A DNA stretch of 63,507 bases, the filler included, from Lenisia limosa (Eukaryota; Protista; Breviatea): assembly GCA_001655205.1 (NCBI GenBank). It is 10 parts of 10 records of this genome, joined end to end, with 100 filler letters (N's around TTAATTAATTAA, not from the genome) between each part and the next. Parts side by side here need not be neighbours in the genome. Positions count along the whole stretch, not along the records: positions 37,511 to 42,590 come from LPNZ01001922.1; positions 42,691 to 46,833 come from LPNZ01000309.1; positions 46,934 to 49,759 come from LPNZ01009887.1; positions 49,860 to 62,118 come from LPNZ01002967.1; 6 more parts are not named here. The stretch is one strand, 5' to 3'. Shown here piece after piece: positions 37,622 through 49,914 of this stretch. The position numbers and the translations under genes are program-made. Every line of letters begins with the position of its first letter. Position 1 is the first letter of the stretch. The notes beneath the pieces were generated by a model that was not told the origin of the DNA, searched no databases, and was given only the letters and a program-made list of their open reading frames with translations.

Positions 37622-39570
37622 CTGCAGAGTCGGAAGAGGACAGTGTTTTCCTTGGTAGCATGGTTGTGGATAAACTCCACAAACTCCAGAGCAAGCTCAC
37701 GAATCTTGGTTGTTAAAGATGCTTCGTTTTGAATGAATAACAGAATACCAGGCACAGTGAAATTAATTTTGCTGACATTATTGTTCGGTTGTTTCGCTCA
37801 TATCCTATATTCGAAGTATCTGGCCAAAGCCGTCCACATCATAATGTTTATAATATTATCTGTTCGCACAATCATGTTTATTAGTATTGTTCCTTACCTC
37901 GCTCATATCCTCGGCCTTAATTGCCTCGCCGAAAGCTGAGGCCATTGTGATGGACTTCTTATGCTGGTTCTGAAGGTGTCAACGCTAAAAAGAGTTGTTG
38001 GATTAGTGTAATAGTATTTGGATTAATTATAGTGTATTATTTATGATAATTCACCTAATCATTAACTATCTGCGTGCCGTTTTTGTCGCTCACCCCCTCC
38101 CACGGTCATTACGGTGATTGGGCCGGGGTTGGCGGGAACTCCATGTTGGTGTGCAATGCCGAAGAGGCAGCCTTCTTCCTTGTCTAAAAGAATTAAAAAT
38201 AAGAAAAATAAGGAACTAAAAATGAGAAACAAAAAACAATTAATTAATAACAAGAAAGGACGTAATCGACCGAAGTTAACCACACCATCACGTTTATAAC
38301 GGATATTGATAATAGTATCTGGCAAGATACAACCTTGTTTGATTATCATGTCTCTACCATGTATGAATAAAAAAACAAGATTGTCGCTGAGAAGAGATAT
38401 AGAAGAATACCATAGTGGCTTCCATGGATGTAAGTCTCAATGAAAGCAAGAACCTTCTTCCAGAATGCCTGAAATTGTTAAACGTGAAGCAGGTTAATAC
38501 CGAAACATGACTCGGTTGAAAGAAAAAAAAAGAACAATAACCGTAGATATCGACATATCCTTGATGAATACCCGAAAATATAGACAAATATCGAAAAATA
38601 ATCGAGAAACAATCGATAAATATATTAGATGTTTCCACAGCCAGGAATCATATCACACGCCCGACTAACAATGTCAACATCAGCAATGGCAGCTTGTTCA
38701 ACAGCCTTGAGGAAAGCAAAAATAACCTGCGGAAATGAGAGGGGGTGTATTAATAATAATAATGATTATTATGTTCGTGTTCTTATTCTTCTTTTTGTTG
38801 TTATTTCCCCTGTCCTCATTTCCACAATGGGATGAGGGGCTGCAGAAGCGACTAGCATGAGCTTTATTATTGTTATTTTTATTGTGTGTTTCCCAAATAC
38901 TAGTTGATTCCGGGTTTTATTTATTTCATAAATTGTCCAGCCCCCCCCCCTCCTCAGCAACTAGTATAATATTAAGTCCCCCCCACGCCACCTCATGCTC
39001 AGCAATCAGGATTTCAACAGCCCGGAACGGAATCAGATCATCAGCGGCACTAATGGTGGAGCAAGCACCCTTCTTGCCAGCCTAAGGTGGTTAAACCATT
39101 TGTTGAGATTTAAGAACACTGATATGATTGGGTCTTAAGGTCGAGAATGTATCAATAAGGCAAGCAAGTTAGTTGATTCAAATAACCATCTTATTGGATA
39201 GTGAATTTATTGAGAGAATAATCATAAAAGTATCAAGAAGGCAGTCATGCATTCGTTGAACTCTGGTTCGACACCCAAGACTGAGCCAAATCTGTGTTCA
39301 GCCATCCTTGGCAAACGAGTTCAAGGAACCCCCCCCCCCTTATCAAACAATAACAATAGTTGGTGCAAGCATCCCCACATACACCGGCGCAAGTCTTCGC
39401 TTTGGGACATCCCGCGCAGCCTGACTTGGGAGCGGGGGCAGCGGCAGCGGGGGCAACTGGCTCAGGCGCCTAAATATTACTCAATTAGCATCTTTCCAAA
39501 GGCTGGAAGGTCGCGGAATGTGATGGCTTACGATGTCGTCATCGAGGTTGATGCGGTAGGCGTTGGACAT
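37622..39570 (-). CDS. Hemerythrin-like (HHE) domain protein with N-terminal Cys cluster (3' truncated)
   Basis: Phase-consistent exons: ILIAEHE, FIETYIHGSHYDKEEGCLF, GVPANPGPITVMT, NQH, EFIHNHATKENTVLF. N-terminal GCAGCPKAKTCAGAGKKGAC. Confidence 0.8.
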
Positions 39571-39866
39571 TGTGATGATGTTCTTTCTGTATGAAAATAA
39601 AATGTGAAAAGGGTTATAAATTTCCCAAAAATCCGGTTAAAAAGATTAAACAAACATGTCGAAAACTTTTCGAAATATTTCGAAATACTTAAGTAACGGA
39701 ATCCGATTTAATTTCATTCAACTAGGACGTATTTAGGCTTGATTTAGTTATTTTTAGAAACATAGGAGTTGTAAAAGTAGTTGAGAAAGAACAAGCCGCA
39801 CTATATATTCCAAAAGTATCTGTAGCTTGTTTGGGGCCTTGTTGGCCGATATCTCCGTTACTCACG

Positions 39867-42575
39867 ATGGATTCTAGTCATAATGAAGGTAAGCAGTAGC
39901 GGAAATATCGCCTTTGACTCCTGTAGACAAAGATGCTGTCATCAGCCGCCTTGAGCAAACTATTCAGTCCCAAGGTTGGCATTTCCTGCATTTTTAATAA
40001 AATTTTCGACATATACTATCTATTACCGGGTCCATTATCCAAAATTGCGAGATTCTCCCTCCCCCTCCTTCGCCCTCCAATGTGGCATGGGCGGGATCAC
40101 ACACATTCAACCCTCCTTCGGCATGTTCTTTTGAACAATAATAGTTCGAAACTGGTGGTTTAAACTCGTTTATCTTGAAGCTTGATGGTGCTTTTCTGCA
40201 ATCATCTTCTTCAGAATTTGTATTATGAACAAAAGTTATTGGTAGAGACTGTGGAAAAGGTACTCCATTACACTGGCAAAATCACTTTGTAGATTAAACG
40301 ATGCCTGTAATCATGCTATTGGCTGTCATGGTACAATATGAATAAATGTGAATACAATCGGGAATATTTTGTCACAATATATGGAAATGGGGAATAACAG
40401 TTCTTTTATTACAATATGAAGAAAGAAATTGTGTCCTTTTGGGTAAGATTTTTTAAAATTTCTCGAGCCTTCACAAGCGTCGTAGATCTAAAAGCCTGCT
40501 TGCTATCAGTTTTATAAATTCCCAGCTCTAAGCTGTCTATCCTCTACTATCTTCTTCAGGGAGTTGTTTTTTGACAATATGAGATCTGAAGAAAGTGATT
40601 CGATTTGCATATTTCCATTTCTTGTGTATATTCGAAGAGCAAACTTTGTCGTGATACCTTCTTCGTTGCTTTACCACTAGTTATTATTCTACTACAATAT
40701 GAATAAGACTATTTACTCCTATTCTAAAATCTATTGGCTTTCCGGTAGTCATTTTTTATTGCCATCTAGATTTTCAAATCTTATAGCTTCCCTCCCATCA
40801 TCTAAAAGCTTTCCCATAACCATCATTCTTAGCTCCTGTAATCATCTTTTGATTCCCAGATCGAAATGTTTCCCTGTAGATGTGTAATCTTTTCTGTAAT
40901 TATCCGGGTTCTAAGATCTATATTTACATAATATACATAGTATGCAATATTTCCATAACCATGTCCAGACTCTCAGATCCAGCGTCTCGAGGAGCAGCTT
41001 GCCGTTCTGTTCCAGGCGGTAGCGGGCCTCAGCAAATCGTCCCGTGAGGCTGGAGGTGGGGGGACGAATGAAATTTCAATGAAGAATATTGGCGTCAAGA
41101 TGTAGAATATTGTCGTGATCATCCTAAGATTCAAAGATCTAAAAGCTTTCCCAAAACCGTCTTTACATGAGGGGGGTCTTTATGGGTTTCTTTGGAGTGC
41201 ATTTGGTCAGCCAACAGGTTGATTTGGGCTTTGTTCTAAAAAATTTTCCAATTTTACCCCCCCCCCCCCNNNNNNNNNNNNNNNNNNNNNNNNNNNNNNN
41301 NNNNNNNNNNNNNNNNNNNNNNNNNNNNNNNNNNNNNNNNNNNNNNNNNNNNNNNNNNNNNNNNNNNNNNNNNNNNNNNGAATTTACCAGTCTTAATAAC
41401 AGCGGAAGAGGACAACATTCTTGTAGCTCTAGATTTCTAATGGGCTTTATTTCTCTTGTTCAAAAAAAGACACCAATATTATGTCTTACCCCTGTAGCTG
41501 ACGAGCCCCGAAAAGAGCCGTCAAGGTTGGTTCGTGTCGGGCTGGGTGTGATGCTGGATTTGGGGTTTGCAAATGCACTGTCAGGTGGGGAGGTGGAGAT
41601 GTGATGTATTTTGGATTAATACCCAACATGTCTGATGTGTCAAAGGAATGTGCCTAATCTGTAAGTATGACGGTGGAAAGACCTATCATCTATTACTGAT
41701 ATATGAAGCTCAATATTAGATTATGTAATATTATAGGAGCTTTAAGATTCTAACGTTTGCATTTTAACTAAGATTTTTGCTTTTGAATTGGAGCATTAAC
41801 CTGGTAGCACTTGCCTTTTTTTGCTTGTGAGATTATATGCTGTTATTCCAATACTCTGTACTGTTTTCATCTCTTTAAAAGTATCAGCATGTGATATATT
41901 CTGAAATATATAGTTTCAAGGTTAGTGGTATCAATTATAGCATGATGATGTGGACGGCTTGGGCCAAATACAACCTTGTTTATTCCTCATCCCTACCATC
42001 TGTAAGGTAATATATTTGATCCAGGATCATAATTAGTAACACGATCTTTAGATCACGGCGCAATCCCCCCGCGTCCTCCTCTCCACCCGCCGGCCCGGCC
42101 GCTTCCAAAACCCGAGCCAAACCACAGAGAAGTAGAACGCCTCCATCCCCCCAGGTTCGAATTCACTTCTTGATTCTTGTTCGCTGAGGGTTGGAAACTG
42201 TGCTCAGCGAAAAGTTTGATGAGTTATTTATTGTAATTCCACAATATCGATTCGACAAGCCTCCTTTAACACCTTTTCTTGAAGCAAAGTCGTCTCGGTT
42301 CTCAACATTTCCAACCCCATGCTAAGCGTGCTTGAACATAATTGGGAGGATCAAAAGAATACTAAGTGGTGTTGTGCAGGTAGTTTTTAGACAAATCATT
42401 GGGTGTATTAATAATATACGGTTTCTGCCAGGCTCCACTTCATCGCTGCATACATCTCAAATACTCCCTTGCTTCATTTCGCATTTCAACACCTTATGCA
42501 AATAACTGCACTAACATCCAGCAGCCCGCCCAAGGCTACAGTAACCAACAACGATCAAATATGCCTGCGCGGAGA
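39867..42575 (+). CDS. Hypothetical coiled-coil / proline-rich protein (partial)
   Basis: Small exons MDSSHNE|DKDAVISRLEQTIQSQ, IQRLEEQLAVLFQAVAGLSK and RRNPPRPPLHPPARPLPKPEP, separated by repeat-rich introns. Confidence 0.4.
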
Positions 42576-42740
42576 GTTGGGGGGGGGGGGNNNNNNNNNN
42601 NNNNNNNNNNNNNNNNNNNNNNNNNNNNNNNNNNTTAATTAATTAANNNNNNNNNNNNNNNNNNNNNNNNNNNNNNNNNNNNNNNNNNNNTGTTTTTTTT
42701 ATAAAAAAACCCCAATTTTCAATAAATTTCAATTCACAAA

Positions 42741-43066
42741 AAGTGCTAAATTGAAAAAGCCTCGTCAAGTCAGTTTGGTTAACTTCGAGAACCACTATCC
42801 ACAGTCAAAGGCTCCAACAGAATTTACTCCAATTTCTTCAGCGAAATTCCCAATTCTTCTGAAAGAAGATGTAGCGTATAATATATACATATTATACATA
42901 TTATACATACATTGTTCCTGGACACCCTCCTCCTTTTTCATGATATAAACATTGGGATTTGCCTCTACCTTACCTACCCCAAATAAGCGTATATATATGA
43001 TTGTGGATAAAGTGGTTCTCGAAGCTAACCAAACTGACTTGACGAGGCTTTTTCAATTTAGCACTT
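42741..43066. mobile_element. MITE with ~65-bp TIRs in an ABHD intron
   Basis: AAGTGCTAAATTGAAAAAGCCTCGTCAAGTCAGTTTGGTTAACTTCGAGAACCACT is a near-perfect inverse of 43010-43066. TSD not resolved. Confidence 0.85.
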
Positions 43067-43109
43067 ATATACATGTATATATATATATATATACTATATG
43101 ACGACCCTA

Positions 43110-44272
43110 CCTAGCATTGGGGGCTGGGGCATCCGGACCAGGGGGTGCTCTTCGGAGGGATGCGCATGAATATTCGGGAAACGCACAAAGAGCGTCCACA
43201 ACCTCGTCGCGAAGACAGCAGAGAATTACCTGCAGAGATAAAAAAAATATTTGGATTATAGTATAGTATTAATTCACCCAATCAGTTAATATTGATTTAA
43301 ATGTTTGAAAATATTATAAATTGACTATGAAAAAGCAGATTGTTTGAAAGAATTGATGATTGGATATGAGACGCTATTTTCTGCAGGAGCTTGTTGTGGT
43401 TCTAATAATCTCAATGTCCAATTTTTGGGTAGGAATTTTGTTGTGCGAGAGGAAATTTTCACAATGCCATTGTGAATTACTCTCTAACCGATTATACTAT
43501 TGTTTGAAATTTTTTAAGAAACATAACAAGGGAAAGAAAAAAATAAGAATAGCAAGCGATCACAATCAAAAAGACTTACGACTCAAAAATCTGCCTTTTT
43601 TTTGTCAATTCAAATTATTATCAAAACGTCAAAACATTTAAATCAATACCTTTTGTCCAGAAATATCCTTTTCTTTCCCAAATTTATTTATTCATTTAAT
43701 TCACCCAATTTTCAGTTTCACTCCACTCCAATTTTCTATCCTATCCAATCCAATCACGGATGAATTCAACTCGGAACTCCACCAATCAACTCAAGACAGT
43801 TAGGCTCTATCACTCTCGCCATTTTCCTTATATATCACAGCAGAATAAACTAATATCCATTTTGTCGTAGCAGAAAGCAAACCTGTCCTCCGTCTGACGC
43901 TGTCATTGTCACTTCAGAGTAATGAGGGTCTGGGATCTGCCTCAGCTCAGCAACAGAGATCTGCGCATGCGTCGAAGCTAAAGCAAAGGTTGGCGAATAG
44001 TCTCCGACTTCAGCTAGTGCCTTTTTGACAAACTGCGAGGAGTCGCCTTGGATGACCATGCAAGGGATCTTTGCAACTTTGGAATGCCAGTAGAGCCAGG
44101 CTATGAGAGCGACGAAGGAAGAGCATGCTACCGACCCGAGAACAATTACCCAGGACTGGAATAAAGGGTATAAAAGGAAGGGGAAGAGGAAAGAGGCGTT
44201 CGTTGCGAATACTGCAACCTTTCGAATCTTTAAAGCGCTTTTTGGGCACAGATCCTCAGATAATGGTGGCAT
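43110..44272 (-). CDS. ABHD1/ABHD3-like alpha/beta hydrolase (N-terminal part)
   Basis: N-terminal TM anchor, YSPTFALASTHAQISV, and MTASDGGQ|VIL (family motif DGGxxxLDW). Confidence 0.75.
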
Positions 44273-44869
44273 TTGTACAGTTTAAGTCAGATTTCAGTCA
44301 CATAAAGAGTCTAGTCTTGCTCCAGTACAGTGTTGTGCGAAAAATCCAAAATTTCACACCCAACCCTCTATCCGGCGGCACTTGTCGGCGGAGAAACTTG
44401 CCTTATATGGTAATTCTCATTTTATTGGATTTTTCGACATCACCAACCAAATTAACAATCTACCGCAATATAAGCAGCGCTAATTCTAGTTTCCGTCTAT
44501 ATACATTTAAATAACATTAGAAGAAGAGAAAAAACAGATTCAATCTTAGAGTTTCCTGGCCTTCACTTGCTTTATCCACAGCCTCGTAACCAAACTTTGT
44601 TCCTGAAGAAGCCTAGTTGACACACTCATCGGAAAGCAGGTAATTGGAGTTGTTTAAGGGTTACCTTTTCCTTTGTAAAGTCACATTATTTTGGGTATTG
44701 AACCTGACTCGCCCTCCAAATGAACAGGGTGGCATGAAAATTTTGAGGCTCAAATCGTATGAAGTGCATTCTTATGTTTCTCGATTGTCTACTGTTTTTT
44801 CAGACTAATACAATGAAAATATTCTCCCATTCAATAATAGTCACAAACCAGTTATCATGTCAACTCACT

Positions 44870-46655
44870 CGATTTAGCGGCTCCATGGCTAGCATCCCAC
44901 GGGAACCATCACAGTAGGTCTATTTTATGGAGAATTAGAAATATATACAAAAAGGAGGGGTATTACAAATTATGTATATTCAATAATTTTTTTTTCAAGG
45001 TCTTTGAAATTTCAGTTCAACAATTATTGACAAGGAACTTATTTTACTTTTCATTTCAATACGACATTATTATTCAACAATTTTTGGTTGGGACTTTTAC
45101 ATTTCAGTTCAACACATGTGAAGCGTCCCGTAACTGAAGCGGTTTCACGCAACTTTCCGGAGGTTTGTTTATTGGGACATAAACAAAAAAGCTGAATGTA
45201 TGCTGGCTAGGGAGGTACACTGAAAGCTGTGTAAACAGTTATAAGGCAAATTATTGGGTGAATATGAGACTTTTTTGGGTCAAAAATAATTCTAATTAGC
45301 ATTAAATAAGATATTTTTTCAATGTTATTAGCTTTTGGAATCAAAACAAAGATGTTTTAATTTCACCTTCTAGGCCCCCTTACCCCACACTCATCACTAT
45401 TCAAAGGGGACCTTCCCCCACCCTCAAACAAAAGCAAGTCATGTTCATCTTAAGAAAAAGTAAGCGTGATTACATCTCTCAAAATTGTGTTCTATTATGC
45501 ATGTTCCTGATACGATTGACTAAAGACAAAGCTCACAATATCCATGTAATAATCACTTTGTGCCATCCTAATGGACAAGTAATAACTCAATCAGTAACAT
45601 TTACCGTATCGCTCATTAAGCCTCTGTTGATACTTATTACTTTGAAACACCTCAACAACAGTTGCAGTACTGTATAATCCACGACTATAGTGTAACCCCA
45701 GACACACACGCACAATAATACACCCAATGGCTTTTGTTTTGTTATCAACCTTCATGTGTTCTCAGCCGACAGTTGATTTTGGGCTCTTTTCATTAATTTA
45801 TCCATTTATTCCAATATTGGTCATTGTTTTGACTCTTTCAGGAAAAAAAGCAGGAATGTCAGAAACGAGCTTCCACAGAGGGAGACAATAAGTTAGTGGG
45901 GCTTCACTGGGTTCGAAAAAAGGCTGAATGTCTCGAAAAATCCTCAAAAACTATCGATGTTGTATCGTTTGGGCTTGGAATTCTGATTCTTATGCAAAAG
46001 CTGAGATTCCCATTATTTTCAAAAGGATATTTATTTCGTTTGGAAATCTGATCATATTTATGGTATTTCTAATCGAGCCGCAGTGCAGTTTGCATATGCT
46101 TATTATAGTCTAAGTGGTTTTTTTTCATTATTTGTGGAATTTTTTATTCTGAGTATCAAAAATTGACTCTTCCAGTCTTTCAATCCTCCGAGCCGAATAT
46201 GACGATGGCTGGTGTGGTCCATCAAGAGCATTATTTCGGAAAACAGGTGCGAGGGTGTCATTTGTTTCGAATAAAGACGGACTTGCTTGATATTTCCATT
46301 GTAAATATTAGGGCTTCACTTTCGGTTCCAAAAAAGACTGAATGTGGATATGTCCTTGGTATATGTGGATATTTCATTGGGATTTCTGGACTTCAGTGAA
46401 ATGATTTGTTGGAAATATGGCAACTTCAGCCTAAACACTTGTACCTCCACATTGCTTGATGGGAAGCGAGGGGCTTAGATTTTGTTATCCTTTTTAAAAG
46501 CTGAGCTAGCAGAGTTAATTATGTTTATTTATTTCTCAACTATATTCCATTTTGACTCCACACATTTGCTTATGCGAGCTTGAATGAGAACGTTTTGACA
46601 TCTTAGGAGGAAGGCGTCGTTGATGATACAATCTATCCTGCAGATGTCTACGGGT
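44870..46655 (+). CDS. Hypothetical gene, scattered short exons
   Basis: Several AG..GT-bounded coding-like islands, e.g. 46175-46245 and 46605-46652 (EEGVVDDTIYPADVY). Reading frame not resolved. Confidence 0.25.
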
Positions 46656-47059
46656 AAGTCAATTTTGGAAATATAAATGCCGTATTTCATATTTTCAAAT
46701 TTCTATGACAAGTAAAAGTAACACTCTCATTACCCCTTGCTCCAAGTTTGTGTCTAAACGTAAACAATGAACATACATATGCTGCTGCACCAAAACCGTG
46801 TCATTAATTCAGAAACCGTGTCATTAATTATTTNNNNNNNNNNNNNNNNNNNNNNNNNNNNNNNNNNNNNNNNNNNNTTAATTAATTAANNNNNNNNNNN
46901 NNNNNNNNNNNNNNNNNNNNNNNNNNNNNNNNNGAGTTGAGAACAATAAAACAAAGCCTAGATCAGTCGCTTCTGCATCATCGCATCCCATCACTCCAGC
47001 GCACGAGTACATGTATATATATATATATATAAATGGAAAACTTATAAAACACCACCACA

Positions 47060-49375
47060 AACCCTGTAATTATCGTGAACGTTTCCAAGAAAGGCGTTTC
47101 CGATCAGTAGAACGACAGCGTTGATGAGCAGAGAGAATCCATCCTAGGGGGGGGGGGGGNNNNNNNNNNNNNNNNNNNNNNNNNNNNNNNNNNNNNNNNN
47201 NNNNNNNNNNNNNNNNNNNNNNNNNNNNNNNNNNNNNNNNNNNNNNNNNNNNNNNNNNNNNNNNNNNNNNNNNNNNNNNNNNNNNNNNNNNNNNNNNNNT
47301 GAAGATAATATTTCAATTTGAACCTGATTTGAAATAAAAAAAACGGGATTCCCAAATTTTGCCGCGCGGCAAGATAATCTCAAAATTGGCACCTTGCTAT
47401 TTGACCCATTTTTTTGGCTGAGGATGGGGATAGGGGAGTATTACCATCTCACCAGCATGTTGAAGAGAGGCGAGCGGAACGGTTTGGCCTCCAAATGCGC
47501 AAAGAAAATCAGGACCAAAAGACTGCATCCAACTGAAACCTAAAAAGAGGGTTAAATATGGAAGAAGGCTAACAATAGGAAACAGGGTTATTCAAATACT
47601 ACAATATCATATCATATCACTTTTTGGATCATTTTCACACGTGTGAACTATCATTTTCCACGCAATGATATGAAACCTCATATTCACTTTGTGATAATTG
47701 GCCAGACAAGTCTCAATGATACTCAGATACACTAGGGATCGTGTTATCTTCATTCATCATTTCGACTTGGTCTCAATGATACTCTAATATATACCCTCAC
47801 GTTCATCATTTCGACTCTATCATAAAAAGCTACAAGATATCATAGTATATAGTAGTATTATGTAAAAAGACCTAACACAGCGGATATTGAGCTTTATCCA
47901 GTGTATAAAGACATATCGAGACTATACACGTGCCCCACGTGCCCCACTTGGATCTGAGTTCTGTTGCTGAAGAAAAGAACACACGCAACCACGACCAATT
48001 TTCTCAGAAGGACAAAGAACTCCCAAAACTCCGTGTCTTGTCGGTATCTGAACAATGATGGATAATGAAAAAAGAACATTCAAACCAAACAAAAAAAAAC
48101 ACACACACACATACACAAAAATAACTTGAGTACTTGAGTATTATTAATAAAAGAAAATCCAACAAAACAAGAAAAAGTAAACCCTAAACCCATGTCTTTT
48201 CGGTAGCTGAAGATGGAGTGTTATTTACGAAGATAAAATAAAAATAATTCCAATAAAAATAAAGAAGAGGGAGGAAATCATCGAAGGAAGACTAAACACG
48301 GGGAAGAGCAAACCGGGCATAAATGAACCCGAAAGTGGAGTAACGCTTGTCTTCATAGGGGTCCTTTCTGGACCATAGCACTGCCAGCAGGATCGCTATT
48401 GGCACTACGAGCAAAACAACGACAAGGGATACCTATAGGGAGGAGGGGTGAACGACAAGGGATACCTATAGAAACCTCAAAACAACTCAATTACAACACA
48501 CGAGGGTTGATAACAGCAAAACAAACAGTCGCTTCTGCAGCACCGCATCCCATCACTTCAGCGTACGGAGTGGGGGGAAGGTGACAATGGTGAATGAAAC
48601 TAAAAAACACCAGAATTAACTCTGTTGGCAGAAGCATTTGTAAGAAACACAAGGGTTAATAACAACCAAACGAACAAAGCTTAAAACAGTTGCTTCTGAA
48701 ACTAACGCAAGATTTAGGAGACATGGTCTGACCAGGCTATGAGAAAAGATCTTGGTCTCAACTGGGATAAGTCTTGACCGACATGCTATGTGATATACAG
48801 TGAATGAGATAAGCCTGGACCGATTTGCTCTGTGGTTTTCAGTGAACGGGGTAAGCCTTGACCGGAGTTGTAAGGCAAATGATTGGGTGAAATTAGACTA
48901 TAATTCAATATATGTTATAAGATGGTGTGGACGGCTTCGGCCGATAATTTAATTAACTCTAAGCGTGATGATGTGGACTGCTTCGGCCAGATGCTATAAT
49001 TCAATGACTCTGTGGACGGCTTTGGCCAGATACAACCTTATTTTTTATTTCTAATTTCTATGTAATAGATTTTTACGGTCTTTTTTAGAACTGAGTGAAA
49101 TCCCAATCTTACCAGGGCTATGGGTTGGAAAGCAAGGTGGTCACCTTCATAGCAAATCACGTTTGGAGAGGCATCCAGAGTGTAGGTGTTTCCTCCTTGC
49201 TGAAAGGGTTATATAGTAGATATATACATGTATATATGATATAGTATATTATTTTATATCAACTATATAAAATCAGTTTTTCCCCAAATTCAAAATTGCA
49301 AACCTTTGAGCAATCGTAGAACTCGAGGACTAGTTGGGCAAGGGGCAAGTAGAAGAGAACCAGAACATTCTAAAA
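47060..49375 (-). CDS. Protist multipass membrane domain protein (TRP-C-terminal-like family), internal fragment
   Basis: LFYLPLAQLVLEFYDCSK|QGGNTYTLDASPNVICYEGDH, YSTFGFIYAR|YRQDTEFWEFFVLLRKLVVV, LEAKPFRSPLFNML. Confidence 0.7.
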
Positions 49376-49680
49376 AGTATAGTTAACAAAAGACTGTTAC
49401 GGAACTGTGAAAGAAAACAATTTCAGAAAAATTCTGAGGAAAAGGAAACAAATGAAAAGAATCAAGACTCCTAGGATAAGTTCACAGTACATCCCAGTTG
49501 TTCTAAGGAGCTGTTCACTATCATATATTTTGAATAATTTTCAAACATAATTTTCTCACGTGTGAACTATCATTTTCCACGCAGTGATATGATACCTCAT
49601 ATCCACTCATATGATAATTGACTGACAAGTCTCAATGATACTCTGATACACTCGGGATGAACCCTCGTGTTTTTTTCTTT
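47630..49680. repeat. Repeat family F: two ~110-bp copies in introns of one gene
   Basis: CACGTGTGAACTATCATTTTCCACGCA.TGATATGA.ACCTCATAT...GACAAGTCTCAATGATACTC at ~47630-47740 and ~49550-49660. Confidence 0.85.
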
Positions 49681-49914
49681 CCTGTCATATGATCATATCA
49701 ATAGTGGATATGGGTTAACATATATGATATGATATGTTTTATGAAGTAACCATTTACACNNNNNNNNNNNNNNNNNNNNNNNNNNNNNNNNNNNNNNNNN
49801 NNNTTAATTAATTAANNNNNNNNNNNNNNNNNNNNNNNNNNNNNNNNNNNNNNNNNNNNCGGCCAGATATAACCTTATTTTTTTATTTCTCTTTGCTATA
49901 TAATATATTGACCG

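Noticed and set aside
21829-39570. Iron-sulfur gene cluster (ferredoxin, ABCB7, hemerythrin)
   Set aside because: The three genes lie on three different scaffolds separated by linkers, so adjacency is not evidence of linkage.
48921-49040. CRISPR-like repeat-spacer array
   Set aside because: Only three degenerate units, with related spacers. It is an internal duplication of repeat family B in a eukaryotic intron, and no cas genes are present.
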